Assembly: GCF_006345805.1 (NCBI RefSeq) | Contig: NC_043015.1 | Coordinates: forward strand, 30,194,001-30,258,000 | Direction: 5' to 3' | Source of the DNA: Octopus sinensis | Lineage: Eukaryota | DNA: 64,000 bases | Shown here: positions 25,790 to 38,415 of the stretch, one piece after another | How positions within the stretch are numbered: position 1 is the stretch's first letter | Layout of the letters: each line of letters opens with the position of its first letter | The notes under the pieces: model-generated | What the model saw: only the letters and a program-made list of their open reading frames with translations | Database searches by the model: none | What the model was told of the DNA's origin: nothing | Program-made: the position numbers and the translations under genes

Positions 25790-25987
25790 CAAGGGTGGGC
25801 TGACTATAAAGGAGTGATGCTAGAGCTGTGAAATCTTGCCTGAATTCATTTCAGTTCTTCTTATTAATAACCACATTGTCTTTCTATCAGGTAAACTGAC
25901 ACCTGACTGTTCAAAGAAGTAGTGACTTCTCTTGAAAATGGACAAAATTCAGAATTATGGTGTTATCAAGTACCTGTATAAAAAGGG
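25790..25987 (+). mobile_element. mariner 5' end with transposase start
   Basis: MDKIQNYGVIKYLYKKG resembles mariner N-termini; truncated by a SINE B/TA tract. Confidence 0.6.
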
Positions 25988-26989
25988 TTATATATATGTA
26001 TATATATATATGTGTGTGCATGTGTGTGTGTATATGTGTGTATATGTTTGTGTGTCTGTGTTTGTCCCCCCAACATCGCTTGACAATCGATGCTGGTGTG
26101 TTTACATCCCCATAACTTAGCAGTTCGGCAAAAGAGACCGATAGAATAAGTACTAGGCTTACACTTACAAAGAATAAGTCCTGGGGTCGATTTGCTCGAC
26201 TAAAGGCAGTGCTCCAGCTTGGCCACAGTTGTTAGTTGTCGGAGCACTGCATCCTTCAAAACTTCCATGCTTTCTGATTTTCTCCCCTCCATACACACAC
26301 AAGCATGTATCTGACTCATACATTGTTCGCTTTCCAGACATTTTTACATTACTGCATGTACTTTATATGCACTTTCTGACAAGTTGTGGTGCACCTGAGC
26401 ACTGTATACAATAATTTCATTATTATTTTATTTTTTTAAATGACTGAAACAAGTAAAAGAGTAAAAGAGTTACTTAAATAGTCTTTTGTTTTTTGCTCAG
26501 TACATTAACTGATAGCCAGCTGCAAGAATTCAATACAGGAATATTAATGGAATGTATTCCAGCAATAAGTAGTAGGAGATGAGATGGTAATCTCAATCAT
26601 GCTGCTAATGTTGGTGTAAACTATCAGTTTCCAATCATTTTTTCCCTATGGACCCCTTTGATATCTATTTTACTTAGGTAGACCTCCATAGCTATTTGAT
26701 GTTTTAAAAAATCCTCTTATTTTTGTTATCTAATATTATTAGGAAGTGTATAAAAATAATTGTTAAAATATTTTGTTTACTGTAGCAATATAACCAATTT
26801 ATTGCACCATGTGTGGTTGTGTGGTAAGTAGCTTGCTTTCCAATCACATGGTTCCGGGTTCAGTCGCACCACAAGCTACTTTGGGCAATTGTCTTCTACT
26901 ATAGCCTCGGGCCCACCAAAGCCTTCTGAGTTGGTTTGGTAGATGGAAACTGAAAGAAGCCAGTCATATATGTATATATATATATATAG

Positions 26990-27179
26990 TCGCCATGATT
27001 GATCGTTAGCCACTATACATATTTTTTTTCTCTCCTTGTTTTTTTCTGTGTACCTTTCTGTAGAAGAGCGTAGGCTCGAAACGTAAAAGACTTTTTCTAT
27101 TCCTGAGCGTTATACTTATACATCTGTTTGTTTTGTACATCACCTGTCTTCGGCTTTTGTTTTTTTCGTAAACTCTCCC

Positions 27180-27219
<40 letters not shown>

Positions 27220-27387
27220 TTTTTTTTTCTTTTTTTTCTCTCCTTGTTTTTTCTGTGTACCTTTCTGTAGAAGAGCGTAGGCTCGAAACATAAAAGACTT
27301 TTTCTATTCCTGAGTGTTATACTAATACATCTGTTTGTTTTGTATACCACCTGTCTTCGGCTTTTGTTTTTTCGTAAACTCTCCCTA

Positions 27388-27418
<31 letters not shown>

Positions 27419-27575
27419 TTCTCTCCTTGTTTTTTCTGTGTACCTTTCTGTAGAAGAGCGTAGGCTCGAAACGTAAAAGGCTTTTTCTATTCCTGAGCGT
27501 TATACTAATACATCTGTTTGTTTTGTACACCACCTGTCTTCGTCTTTTGTTTTTTTCGTAAACTCTCCCTATATA
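26990..27575 (+). mobile_element. Three tandem ~185-205 bp units, each with a minimal hammerhead-like motif, inside the (TA)n of a SINE B
   Basis: cttt-CTGTAGAA-gagc gtag gctc-GAAA-c(g/a)-TA-aaag at 27054-27089, 27261-27296 and 27444-27479; SINE B head at 26810-26985 and tail at 27580-27790. Confidence 0.7.
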
Positions 27576-27872
27576 TATATGTATATACCAATGTGTTTTG
27601 TGTCTGTGTTTCTTCCCCTATCACCACTTGACAACTGATGTTGGTATGTTTATGTCCCTGTAAGACACCGATAGAATAAGTATTAGACTTAAAAAATAAG
27701 TCCTGGGGTCAATTTGTTTAACTAAAATCCTTCAAGGCAGTGTTCCAGCATGGCCGCAGTCAAATGACTGAAACAAGTAAAAGAATAAAGTTTAACAACA
27801 AAATCTTTCATGAACACTCAAGGGCCATATGGATTCCAATTGAAAACCACTGATATAAACATAAGGATCGAT

Positions 27873-28125
27873 CAGTGGTTCTTAATTACGATCCATATGA
27901 AAACTGGAGATCTAGGTAAGATCTTTGGTGGTCCACACAGGCAAAATAGTAAACTGGGGACCCATAGTAGTATGTTAAGGGCCTATGAAAAAACTTTTGA
28001 TTTATATGTATTTAATACAAGAAACAGCTGGGTTTATTTCTCTAATGTTTTACTTGGTTTAACATGTTTCCAGCACAGAAACATGTTTCTCCCAGAGTTC
28101 TGTTGCAAACCTATACAAATGAACA

Positions 28126-28162
<37 letters not shown>

Positions 28163-28467
28163 GTTTAACGTCTGTTTTCCATGCTGGCATGGGTTGGATG
28201 GTTTGACCAGTGCTTATAAGGCCAAAGGTTACACCAGACCTCATTGTCTGTTCTGGCAAAGTTTCTACAGCTGGATGCCCTTCCTAATGCCAACCACTCC
28301 GTGAGTGTTGTGGGTGCTGAAAAACAAAATAGGAATTTTTAAAGAAGTATCTATAAAGCTAGATTTTAAACATTGAATGGCGGGGGAGGTGGGGGGGGGG
28401 GCTCGACCAGAATAAAATAATAATCAAAGGGGTTCTTAGGTAAAAAAAAAATGTCTGAGAATCGCTG
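27873..28467. mobile_element. hAT-like MITE remnant with a nested RTE 3' end
   Basis: Imperfect termini cagtggttctta / tgagaatcgctg; no clear TSD. Confidence 0.4.
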
Positions 28468-29266
28468 TTTCCATCTGTTAAGCACCGTTATTTTTCATCA
28501 AAGATTATTGGATTAAGGTTTTTTAGATTATATCATGGAAAATTTTTTTCTTTTTGTGCTTGCTGATGCTTTTGATGCTGCTGCTACTGCTGCTGCTGCT
28601 GCTACTACTACTGCTGCTGCTGCTGCAGTTGTTGCAGCTTTACTTTTTGCAGGAAAATATTTTGAATTTTTGTTAAGCCTTTGTTATCGTTTCTTGATCG
28701 TTTTTCTAAAGAAATGCACTTTCTATGCATTTTAATTAATTTTGTAAATAATCAAGAATTTGGAGAAATTTAGTAAAATAACTAACTTTGATTATATTCA
28801 TTATTGATCTGGTGTCTGCAACATAACTTTACAGATAATAAATGTGTGTACTGTTTGTTTTTGTTTAACCCCAGGAAGGCACTGGATGATAAAACTCTTC
28901 AACAAGAGTTTTCATGCTGTGATCATGTCTTCTTATATAACTAGGAATACATATTATTATTCAATGTTTCCTGCCATTTTAAAAGTGATAGGGTGTAATT
29001 TGAGGGAAATCTAGTCACTATTTCTAGCAGAACAAATGACTGAGCAGAGGAAATAGAGGTTCCCTCAATGGCTACAATATATAATAGCTAATACATTATG
29101 ATGGGATTAGAAGATAAATAGTGTATGTATATATATATATATATATAAAAAGAGCAATAAAGATTCAAGTTAATTTAAAAAAATTTACTTGAATATGTAC
29201 CTAACTTAGATGCACCAAAAAAAACCATACTGATTTAACAATACAGTAATGTGGGGTGATTATTAG

Positions 29267-29685
29267 CGAGAAAGAAGCAACAAGAATGATAGGTTTTTAG
29301 TACGATCGTTTCATACAAGGACAGGTTTTATTAAAGTTGCAAAAGATTACAGCATATAAACGAGTCCCGTACTCATCAGCTAAATACATGTAAGTTCTCT
29401 AGACATCCTAGTGTTTGAGGCTATACTCATGAAGTAATGTAGATAATTAAACAGATTTCTAAAGTTCATTAAAGTTCTTTAAGAACTTTAGAAATCTGTT
29501 TAATTATCTACATTACTTCATGAGTATAGCCTCAAACACTAGGATGTCTAGAGAACTTACATGTATTTTAGCTGATGAGTACGGGACTCGTTTATATGCT
29601 GTAATCTTTGCAACTTTAAATAAAACCTGTCCTTGTATGAAACGATCGTACTAAAAACCTATCCATTCTTGTTGCTTCTTTCTCG
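29267..29685. repeat. Near-perfect ~200-bp-arm palindrome, each arm carrying a type I hammerhead motif
   Basis: Arms 29267-29467 and 29483-29685 are reverse complements apart from about three 1-nt indels; hammerheads at 29566-29656 (+) and 29295-29384 (-). Confidence 0.85.
29566..29656 (+). ncRNA. Type I hammerhead ribozyme motif
   Basis: ttttag-CTGATGA-[gtacgggac...gtccttgtat]-GAAA-cgatcg-TA-ctaaaa; 6-bp stem I, predicted cleavage after 29650. Confidence 0.75.
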
Positions 29686-30334
29686 TATATAATATATATA
29701 TATATATATTAAATTAGAGATAAAACCACTATAGGCAAATCAAACAGTGAAAAAATAACCAAAAAATAGAAATAAAATAATTAACATAATATACAAAATA
29801 TATAAAATATAAATTCAAATTTTAATATTTAATTTAAAGTTAAATTTTATTTTTTTTTAATTATTAATTTATACTTATAAATTTATATATATATATATAT
29901 ATATATTCTAATTTATATATGTTTATATATTCCTCATCTATATTCCTCCATGTGACTGTGAAAACTTGTATCCCTGCTGTAAGGGTTTATTTCCACACAT
30001 GTCAGCTTAATTTAATTTGTCTTTAGTCGAAAGACACCTGTTGTTACGTCCTGTTATTTGTATTTGTGTAACATTTCTGTTTTTTTCCCCGTATACATTT
30101 TTCGTATACATTTGCTGCTTTCTTCCAAGGAATCTAATGCTCTTTGCTTAGTTTTACCTTGGGTCTGGCCAGATTGGAGCAATCTTGAGTATAACCAGCC
30201 GAAATTGCAAAGATAATCTGGAACTCGACTGAGGAAAGAAAACTCCGAATGACCTGTCCTTGTTTACTTTGTGTTTTTATGTGTGTGTGTGTGTGTTATA
30301 TATATATATAATATATATATATATATCAATTCAA

Positions 30335-30376
<42 letters not shown>

Positions 30377-31891
30377 GAGAGAGAGAGAGAAGACAAGAAA
30401 AGTCGATTAGGTGGTCGCTGAAAGATTGACATAAATGTGGACAAATTGTTTTCCATGGCATTTCCATCAAAATAGAAGAAAAAATTAGTCATGGACAACA
30501 GGTAAAAATAAACAGGATAAAATATAAACAAGGTAAACATAGCCTTTGTCCAGCTGTTGACTAAAGGTCAAAGCAATTCTGTTGCACTAACAAGATCTAC
30601 ATATGAGTGCACGCATGTGTGTATATATGTATGTGTATATGTGTGTGTGTGTGCATGTGTATGTATATATATGTATGTATATATATGTATATATATGTGT
30701 ATATATAGGTATGTATATGTATATATATAATATATATATATTCCAAACACCATCATAATGTGTATATATATATATATATCTATATATATAAAAGAGTAAA
30801 AGAGTAAAGAGAGAGAGAGAATATATATATATATTGATGATGATATACATACATTATGATGGTGTTTGGAACGTAACAAAAGATAAATATATATTGGTGT
30901 ATTAAAATATTAGGAGCATAACAAAAGATTCTTGCAAGAAGTGATGATGGAAAGATTTAATATTAATTCTTTAAAATGGACAGACTTGTGTTATGGAACC
31001 ACAGGTGGTCCGAAACGGTTTGAAAAGGGTTAATTTATTTTCCTTTTGTGCGGTAAGTGCTGCAGTGAAGAAGATAATTTGACAGTGGCAGAGATGGTGA
31101 TAAGGATAGTTGTGATTGTGTTGAAGATAATTTGATGTTGGTGGTGATGGTTATGATGATAGTGATTGGTGACAATGATGCGGTGGTGCTGGCGATGGTG
31201 GTTATGATAGTGGTGACTGGTAATTCTGCTAGTAATAGCAATGACTGGTGGCAGTGGTGATGATGTTGGTAATGATGATGATAATACCTACTTCTTTACT
31301 ACCCACAAGGGGCTAAGCACAGAGAGGACTAACAAGGACAGACAAACGGGTTAAGTCGATTACATGGACCCCAGTGCGTAACTGGTACTTAATTTATCGA
31401 CCCCGAAAGGATGAAAGGTAAAATCAACTTCGGTGGAATTTGAACTCAGAACGCAACGGCAGACGAAATACTACTAAGCATTTTACCCGGCGTGCTGGTA
31501 CTTATGTGATGGTAGTAGTAATGGTAGTGATGTTTGTTATGAAAGTTGCAGTGGCAGTAGTGGTTGTGATGAAGTGTTTAAGATGAGTGGTAAGGATGTT
31601 GTTGATGGTGGTGATGTAGATGTAGTATTAACAAAGGCCTAGGAAGGGGGGGGGGAGTGCAGGTGATGTGCTTGCACCCCCTACATACCTTTGCTAGGTT
31701 TAGAAAATAGTGTCTTAAAATTGATCTGTAAAAAGTTTCAAAACAAGAATGAAGGACAAAAATTAATTTTTTAAAAAAATACCTGAAATGTTTATTGACG
31801 AAGACAGTCATAAAATTCTCGAGGGAATTCCCTAGAAAGATATATTACTGAACTAAAGCAGCATCAACATCAAAATTAAAAGCATATATAT

Positions 31892-32605
31892 ATCATCATC
31901 ATCATCATTTAACATCCACTTTCCATGCTAGCATGGGTTGGATGATTTGACTGAGGACTAGTGAACCAGATGGTTGCACCAGGCTCCAATCTTGATTTGG
32001 CAGAGTTTCTACAGCTGGATGCCCTTCCTAACGCCAACCATTCCGAGAGTGTAGTGGGTGCTTTTATGTGCCATCGGCACAAGGGTCAGTCAGTAGGTAC
32101 TGGCAGTGGCCACGCTCAAATGGTGTTTTTTACGTGCTACCTACACAGGAGCCAGTCCAGCGGCACTGGCAATGAACTCACTTGAATATTTTTTCACGTG
32201 CTACACAAGTGCCAGTAAGGCAACGCTGGTAACAGTCACGCTCAAATGGTGCTTTTTACGTGCCACCAGCACAGAAGCCAGTTAGCCTCTCTGGCAGCGA
32301 TCACGATCACGATCGGATGGTGCTCTTAGCACTCCACTAGCATGGATGCCAGTCATCAAATTTGATTTTGCTTTCACTTGCCTCAACAGGTCTTCGCAAG
32401 CAGAGTTTAGTGTCCAATGAAGGAAAGGTATGCATAAGTGGGCTGGTTACACCCCTGGCATAGGCCATGAGGTTATGGTCACATTTGGTTTGCCGGGTCT
32501 TCTCAAGCACAGCATACTTCCAAAGGTCTCGGTCACTAGTCATTGCCTCGGTGAGGCCTAATGTTCGAAGGTCGTGCTTCACCACTTCATCCCAGGTCTT
32601 CCTGC
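31892..32605 (-). mobile_element. RTE LINE 3' end: ORF2 C-terminus plus ~550-bp subrepeat-rich 3' UTR and (GAT)n tail
   Basis: RRKTWDEVVKHDLRTLGLTEAMTSDRDLWKYAVLEKTR continues directly into the abundant 3'-UTR repeat. Confidence 0.85.
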
Positions 32606-32632
32606 GATATATATATATATACATTCATTACA

Positions 32633-32722
32633 GCCACTCTTACCCATCAGTTTCATGCTAGGGATTCAATGGAATGTTAGGTAACAGTCTGATTATGTAA
32701 CCCTGTACTCATCAGAGGTAGC
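32633..32722 (-). ncRNA. Type I hammerhead motif with long stem II
   Basis: gctacct-CTGATGA-[gtacaggg...ccctagcat]-GAAA-ctgatggg-TA-agagtggc (stem I with one bulge). Confidence 0.6.
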
Positions 32723-34196
32723 CATTAGAGAATGAAATATGGTGACTGCTCTCTTGCTGGAGGTGAATAGACACATCCGGTTTGTGGTTGCTGTGAAAAA
32801 GATTATGAAATTAATCGAGCAGCGGATTGAATTAAGAGTTTTGTCCCTTGGTACCAAAACATCATCACTATGGGTGGTTTTGTTGCAAGTCAGCAAAAGT
32901 TTTCTGGAAAATTTTGTGGGAAATGTGTGTCTTTAAGATTGGTGTTGTTTTTGGAAATGGAATGTGTGTAGTGGTACTATATGTATAACCTATGTAGCAG
33001 AGTGTGGGCATACACATCTGTGTTTGTTAGTGTGCTGCCTTTCTTTTATGTATTGGTTGAATTTGTGGGGCCTTTATGTATGCGTGCAGTGTGTGTGTGT
33101 GGGGGTACAATGTGTGGGAGCTTTTATTAGGGTGGGGATGGGGAAAAGTCTATTGGGTAGGTGTTCTCTGTGTTGGGGTGTGTATGTTTGTTTGTAGGTG
33201 CGTTAGTGTATGTTCATAGAGGCTTCCTTGTAGGAACTGCAGTTGTTGCAGTTTTTATGGACAGTGATGGTGGGAACAGCAGGATGACCTAGGGGCCAAA
33301 CAACAATAACAAGCCCCCACCAGTGTGGAAGGGCCTATAAACACTTTAGACCCTGGTTCTCTTTACCTGCTAAATCTGTGGATTGGGGTGGGTGGAAGTG
33401 GGTGATATGCTAGATTGCAATATTAGGTGATTGCAAAAATATGGCCAGGGCAAGATGAAATAACTTAGTTTCTATCGATTTTGCCGAGGGACAGAGGTTG
33501 AAGGAATTAATAGCACAAAAGTGATGTGGACCAACTAATCACTGTAAATGTCTAATCAATGAATCTATATATCAATAAATGTTTTATAAGAGAAAGTATT
33601 TCCGTCAGTCGTGATTGATGGTCTCTGTCATTTGATGTTTGGTGTTATGTGTGTGTGTGCGTGCGTGCGTGTGTGTTTGTGTGCACGCATGTGCAAGTGT
33701 GTATCTGAAGGTGTGCGTGCGTGCGTGTGTGTTTGTGTGCACGCATGTGCAAGTGTGTATCTGAATGTATGTATGAGTGCATGTGTATGTGAATGTGTGT
33801 GTGTGTCTGTATGTTTGAATGAGTGTGAGTGCATGTATGTGCATATGTGTGTGTGTGTCTCTGTGTGAATGAGCGCATGCGTGTGCGTATGTATATGTAT
33901 GTCCATATATGTGAGTGTATGTGTGAATGTGTACTTGTGTATGTGTGTTTGTGAGCATGTGTACAAGGGTGTGTGTGGGGGGAAATAGCTTTAAAGAGGC
34001 TAACCATTGAACAGTGTGTTGAATCTATAATTTGGTGTTGTTGGCACTGCTCCAGTATGGACAGAACCATGGCAGTTTAAACTACCTAAATAACTGACGA
34101 CTGTTTTTTTCCTGATTGATTGGCTTGGGGTAAGTGAGGGAGTGATTGGTAGGGTAGGTGAGTGAAAGGTGAATCCAAGATTTTAGTCTGTGTGGT

Positions 34197-34636
34197 CAGT
34201 GTCCAGTGGTGTTTATTCTAGTCCAAACATGTACCTCAGTGGTCAGTGTTGTTTATTCTTATCCAGACTTGTACCTTATTGTCCACTGTTGTCCACACCA
34301 GTACAAACATGTATCTCAATGTCCAACATTGTCCATATATATCTTATATCTTATTGTCCACTGTTGCTCATTATGTACTTCAATGTCCAGTGTTGTCCTC
34401 ACCTGTCCAAACAATGTATTTTAATGTCCAGTGTTCTACACATCAGTCCAACATGTACCCCAATGTTCCATGTTGCTCGCTCCAGTCCATCAGGTATCTC
34501 ATTGTCCAGTGTTGTTCATTCCACTTCCTCATGAACTACAATGTCCAGTGTTGCCTACACCAGGGCAAACATGTATCTCAATGTCCAGTGTTAACTATAC
34601 CGGTACAAATATGTACCTCAACATTCACTATTGTCA
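34197..34636. repeat. Degenerate ~40-bp minisatellite
   Basis: Recurring (a/t)tgtccagtgttg...cc(a)...acatgta(t/c)ctc, about 11 units. Confidence 0.75.
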
Positions 34637-35104
34637 AGGTGACGAGCTGGCAGAAGCATTAGCACGCTGGGCGAAATGCGTAGCCAAATTTCGTCTGCCA
34701 TTACATTCTGAGTTCAAATTCCATCGAGGTCTCCTTTTCATCCGTTCGGGGTTGATAAATTAAGTACCAGTTACAAACACTGGGGTTGATGTAATCGACT
34801 TAATCCGTTTGTCTGTCCTTGTTTGTCCTCTCTGTGTTTAGCCCCTTGTGGTTAGTAAAGAAATAGGTATTTCATCTGCCATTATGTTCTGAGTTCAAAT
34901 TCCGTCGAGTTCGACTTTGCCTTTCATCCTTGCTTTCCATTTGTTTCTTTTGTTATTCACACAAAAAAAGATCAATGACTGCAGCAAAGTGATGAGCAGA
35001 AAAGGGAATTCCAGAGGGATGACATATGTGGTGGTGGTGGGTGGTGGTGGTGGTGGTGGTGAGGAGGACTGGGCACAGTGATTAGCGCAGGTAGTGATAA
35101 TGAA

Positions 35105-35760
35105 AGGTTTTGCTGTTTACGGCAGTGCTTACAAAGAAGGTGTGTAGCCTGTGATTGTTGTATTGACCATCACATAGGTGAGCAGAGAATCTGCATCAAA
35201 TTTTGCCAAAAGCTTGGTGATACCTCCTCAGAGGCCTACACAAAGTTTGCAAAAAGTTTTCATTGTTCTCGACACAATCAAGGAAATCTTGTGCGATTGA
35301 AACCTAAGTGTCTTTTTGGTCAGCTGAAAGTAGTTTTGGCACAAACTTGGAAGACATGCATCTCATACCCAAATCTTCGGTGATAATGGACGGAACTGAA
35401 CCGTAACTAATCTGCACATCCTCTGATAACTCACAGATGCTGATTCGATGATTCCCCCTCACAGCTCCACATGCATCTGCAATGTTTCTCTCAGTTCTAC
35501 TGGTTGCGGGTCTCCCAGAACATTCAATATTGACATATTTTCGGCCATCTCGGAAACATCTGAACCTCTCGTACACTTGTGTGGGGCTCATACACTCCTC
35601 TCCATACACTTTCTGAAACTTTGCATAGGCCTCTGAGCAGGTATCTCCATGACAACTTTCTCTATCGTGATCAATGTGGCAATCACACACTACACACCTT
35701 CCTTCCAAGCACTGCTGTAAACAGCAGAAGTGAGCTAGTGCATTAAAACTTAGTGCTCAT
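35105..35760. mobile_element. Two convergent mariner 5' fragments: 35105-35257 (+) and ~35265-35760 (-)
   Basis: + arm: EQRICIKFCQKLGDTSSEAYTKF; - arm: SEAYAKFQKVYGEECMSPTQVYE..F..GR...SGRP.TS...ISYGS...IITEDLGMR..SSKFVPKLLS. Confidence 0.85.
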
Positions 35761-35929
35761 GTGCAGCAGAGTTCAACAATCAATCTTTGCTTAGTGGCTT
35801 CAGTCTACATACAGCTTTGTTACTATGGCAACAGTCCGGATACTTATTGACCATACCTCATATATCTATGCATACGTATATATTGTGAGTACATATATAT
35901 ATATATATACACACCCACTTATATTTATA

Positions 35930-35970
<41 letters not shown>

Positions 35971-36044
35971 TATATATATATCATATATATGTATGGATCT
36001 GTATTATATATATATGCGTGTGTTGTTTACATCTAATACATGTA

Positions 36045-36144
36045 NNNNNNNNNNNNNNNNNNNNNNNNNNNNNNNNNNNNNNNNNNNNNNNNNNNNNNNN
36101 NNNNNNNNNNNNNNNNNNNNNNNNNNNNNNNNNNNNNNNNNNNN
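36045..36144. other. Assembly gap (100 N)
   Basis: Run of n characters. Confidence 1.
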
Positions 36145-36481
36145 TTTGAATGCAGGGCTATCCTCAGCTGCACAAAAATATAAATAGAATTTTAACCAGT
36201 GGACACATTAATATAATTTTACTCAAATACTCTAACAGAGCACGCAGATGGAAGAAATCCATGTTGTCGCTATTGTAGCTAAGAATATACTCCACTTCCA
36301 AGAAATGCATGAAGTTTACTGGGGGGTCATAGCTGGAAAGGATTGTGGTTCATTTTTAATTTATTAGTCTATTTATCAACTACTAAATCTAAGACTGTGT
36401 CTGTTTGGAATGAAGGGCAAGAGTGGGTGGACAGCTCATGGCTAGGTACTAATTAAGTATTAGTAAAGTACTTGTGCTGAT

Positions 36482-36708
36482 TTAACCCTTTAGTATTTAA
36501 ACCGGCCATATCCGGCCAAAATAGCTAATCTGTTTTATGTTCAAACTGACCAGATCCAGGCTCTCACACCTACCCTACAATGTTATTCTACATTAAGTAA
36601 TTACACCATCAAGATCTTGAAGATATGAGATAATGCATGATTAATTCAAATCAATGGGAATCAATAGGCATTATGTTTGATTGAATAATCTGAACACTAA
36701 AGGGTTAA
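36482..36708. mobile_element. piggyBac-type MITE
   Basis: TTAA-CCCTTTAG ... CTAAAGGG-TTAA; partial relatives at 60175-60292 and 60552-60710. Confidence 0.8.
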
Positions 36709-37569
36709 TCAATTGTTGTCTCCCTACCAAAATGTGTGGCATTGTATCTATATTGAAAAAAAAATATCACCATAGGCGCAGGATTGGCTGTGTGGTAAGT
36801 AGCTTGTTTACCAACCACATGGTTCCGGGTTCAATCCCACTGGGTGGCACCTTGGGCAAGTGTCTTCTACTATAGCCTCGGGCCGACCAATGCCTTGTTG
36901 AGTGGATTTGGGAGACGGAAACTGAAAGAAGCCCGTCGTATATATGTGTATATATATATGTGTGTGTGTTTGTGTTTGTCCCCCTAGCATTGCTTGACAA
37001 TCGATGCTGGTGTGTCTATGTTACTTTGCGGTTCGGCAAAAGAGACCGATAGAATAAGTACTGGGCTTACAAAAGAATAAGTCCCCGGGGTCGAGTTGCT
37101 CGATTAAAGGCGGTGCTCCAGCATGGCTGCAGTCAAACGACTGAAGCAAGTAAAAGAGAAAAAGAGAAAAGAGGTGCAGACGTGGCTGTCGTAGTAAGAA
37201 GCTTAAAAATAAGTCCTGGGGCCGATTTGTTTGACCAAAAGCAGTGCTCCAGCATGGCTGCATTCAAATGAAAAAATAAAAGAATAAAAGAATCACATGG
37301 AACGGAAACCCCCATCACTTCTCTCTCCCCATTACCACCTTCTACCATCATCTGCCCCTAATTGTGGCTTCTTCAGTTCTTCCTCCAATATTTTGCCATC
37401 ATTCTGTTCTGCTTGCAGACAATCTATTTCCCAAAGTGGACATTGTGTCTTCTTCCACAGAAATATTTCTGTCTATAAATAACTTCTTCAGCAATCAATG
37501 TTTAGGAAATTCTACAATTGGAATATCGGTCACAATTGATGTTTGCCGCTCCGTAACTCCACCACCACA

Positions 37570-38415
37570 CACCACGCATAGCGCGCGCACGCACACCACA
37601 CACAGGCACACACCACAGCACACACACAAACACACACCACCACTCACAGACACACACACACACACACACACACCACACACACACACACACACTCACACAC
37701 TCACAACACACACACACAAAACACACCACACACACAACAACAAACACACCACACAAACACAACACACACTCACAGACACACACCACGTCACAAAACACAC
37801 CACACACACAAACATACACACACACAAACAGACACACACAAACAATACACACACACACACAAACACACACAACACACAACACACACACACAAACACACAA
37901 CACACTCACAGACACACACACCCGCATAAACACATAAACACACACACACAACATAACATACACACACAACATACACACACACACAACAACACATACGCAC
38001 AAACACAACGCACAAACATACACACACCCAGTACACGTGTTGCACACACACAACACACCCACTCTCTCTCATCTCCTTCTCTCTCGCACTCGCACATCTT
38101 TGATGTTGTTGTTGTTTTTGTTACTCTGTATCATTCTCATCCTCTTCCTCCTCATTTTTCATCTTTGCTTTGTTCTTGTTCATCTTTTTTCTTCATCTTC
38201 ACTTTTGTCTTGTCATTGTCCTCCTCCTCCTCCCATTCCTATCCTTCTCCTCTAGATCCTCCCTCTTTCTCCTTCTTCCTCCTTCTCCTCCCCTCTTCTT
38301 CTTCTCCTACTCCTTCTTCATCTTCCTCTTCTTCATCATCTTCATCATCATCATCATCATCTTCTTCATCTTCTTCTTCTTCTTCTTCTTCTTCTTCTTC
38401 TTCTTCTTCTTCTTT
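37570..38415. repeat. CA-rich tract followed by CT/CTT-rich tract
   Basis: Read directly; explains the 395-aa His/Thr/Ser ORF. Confidence 0.95.
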
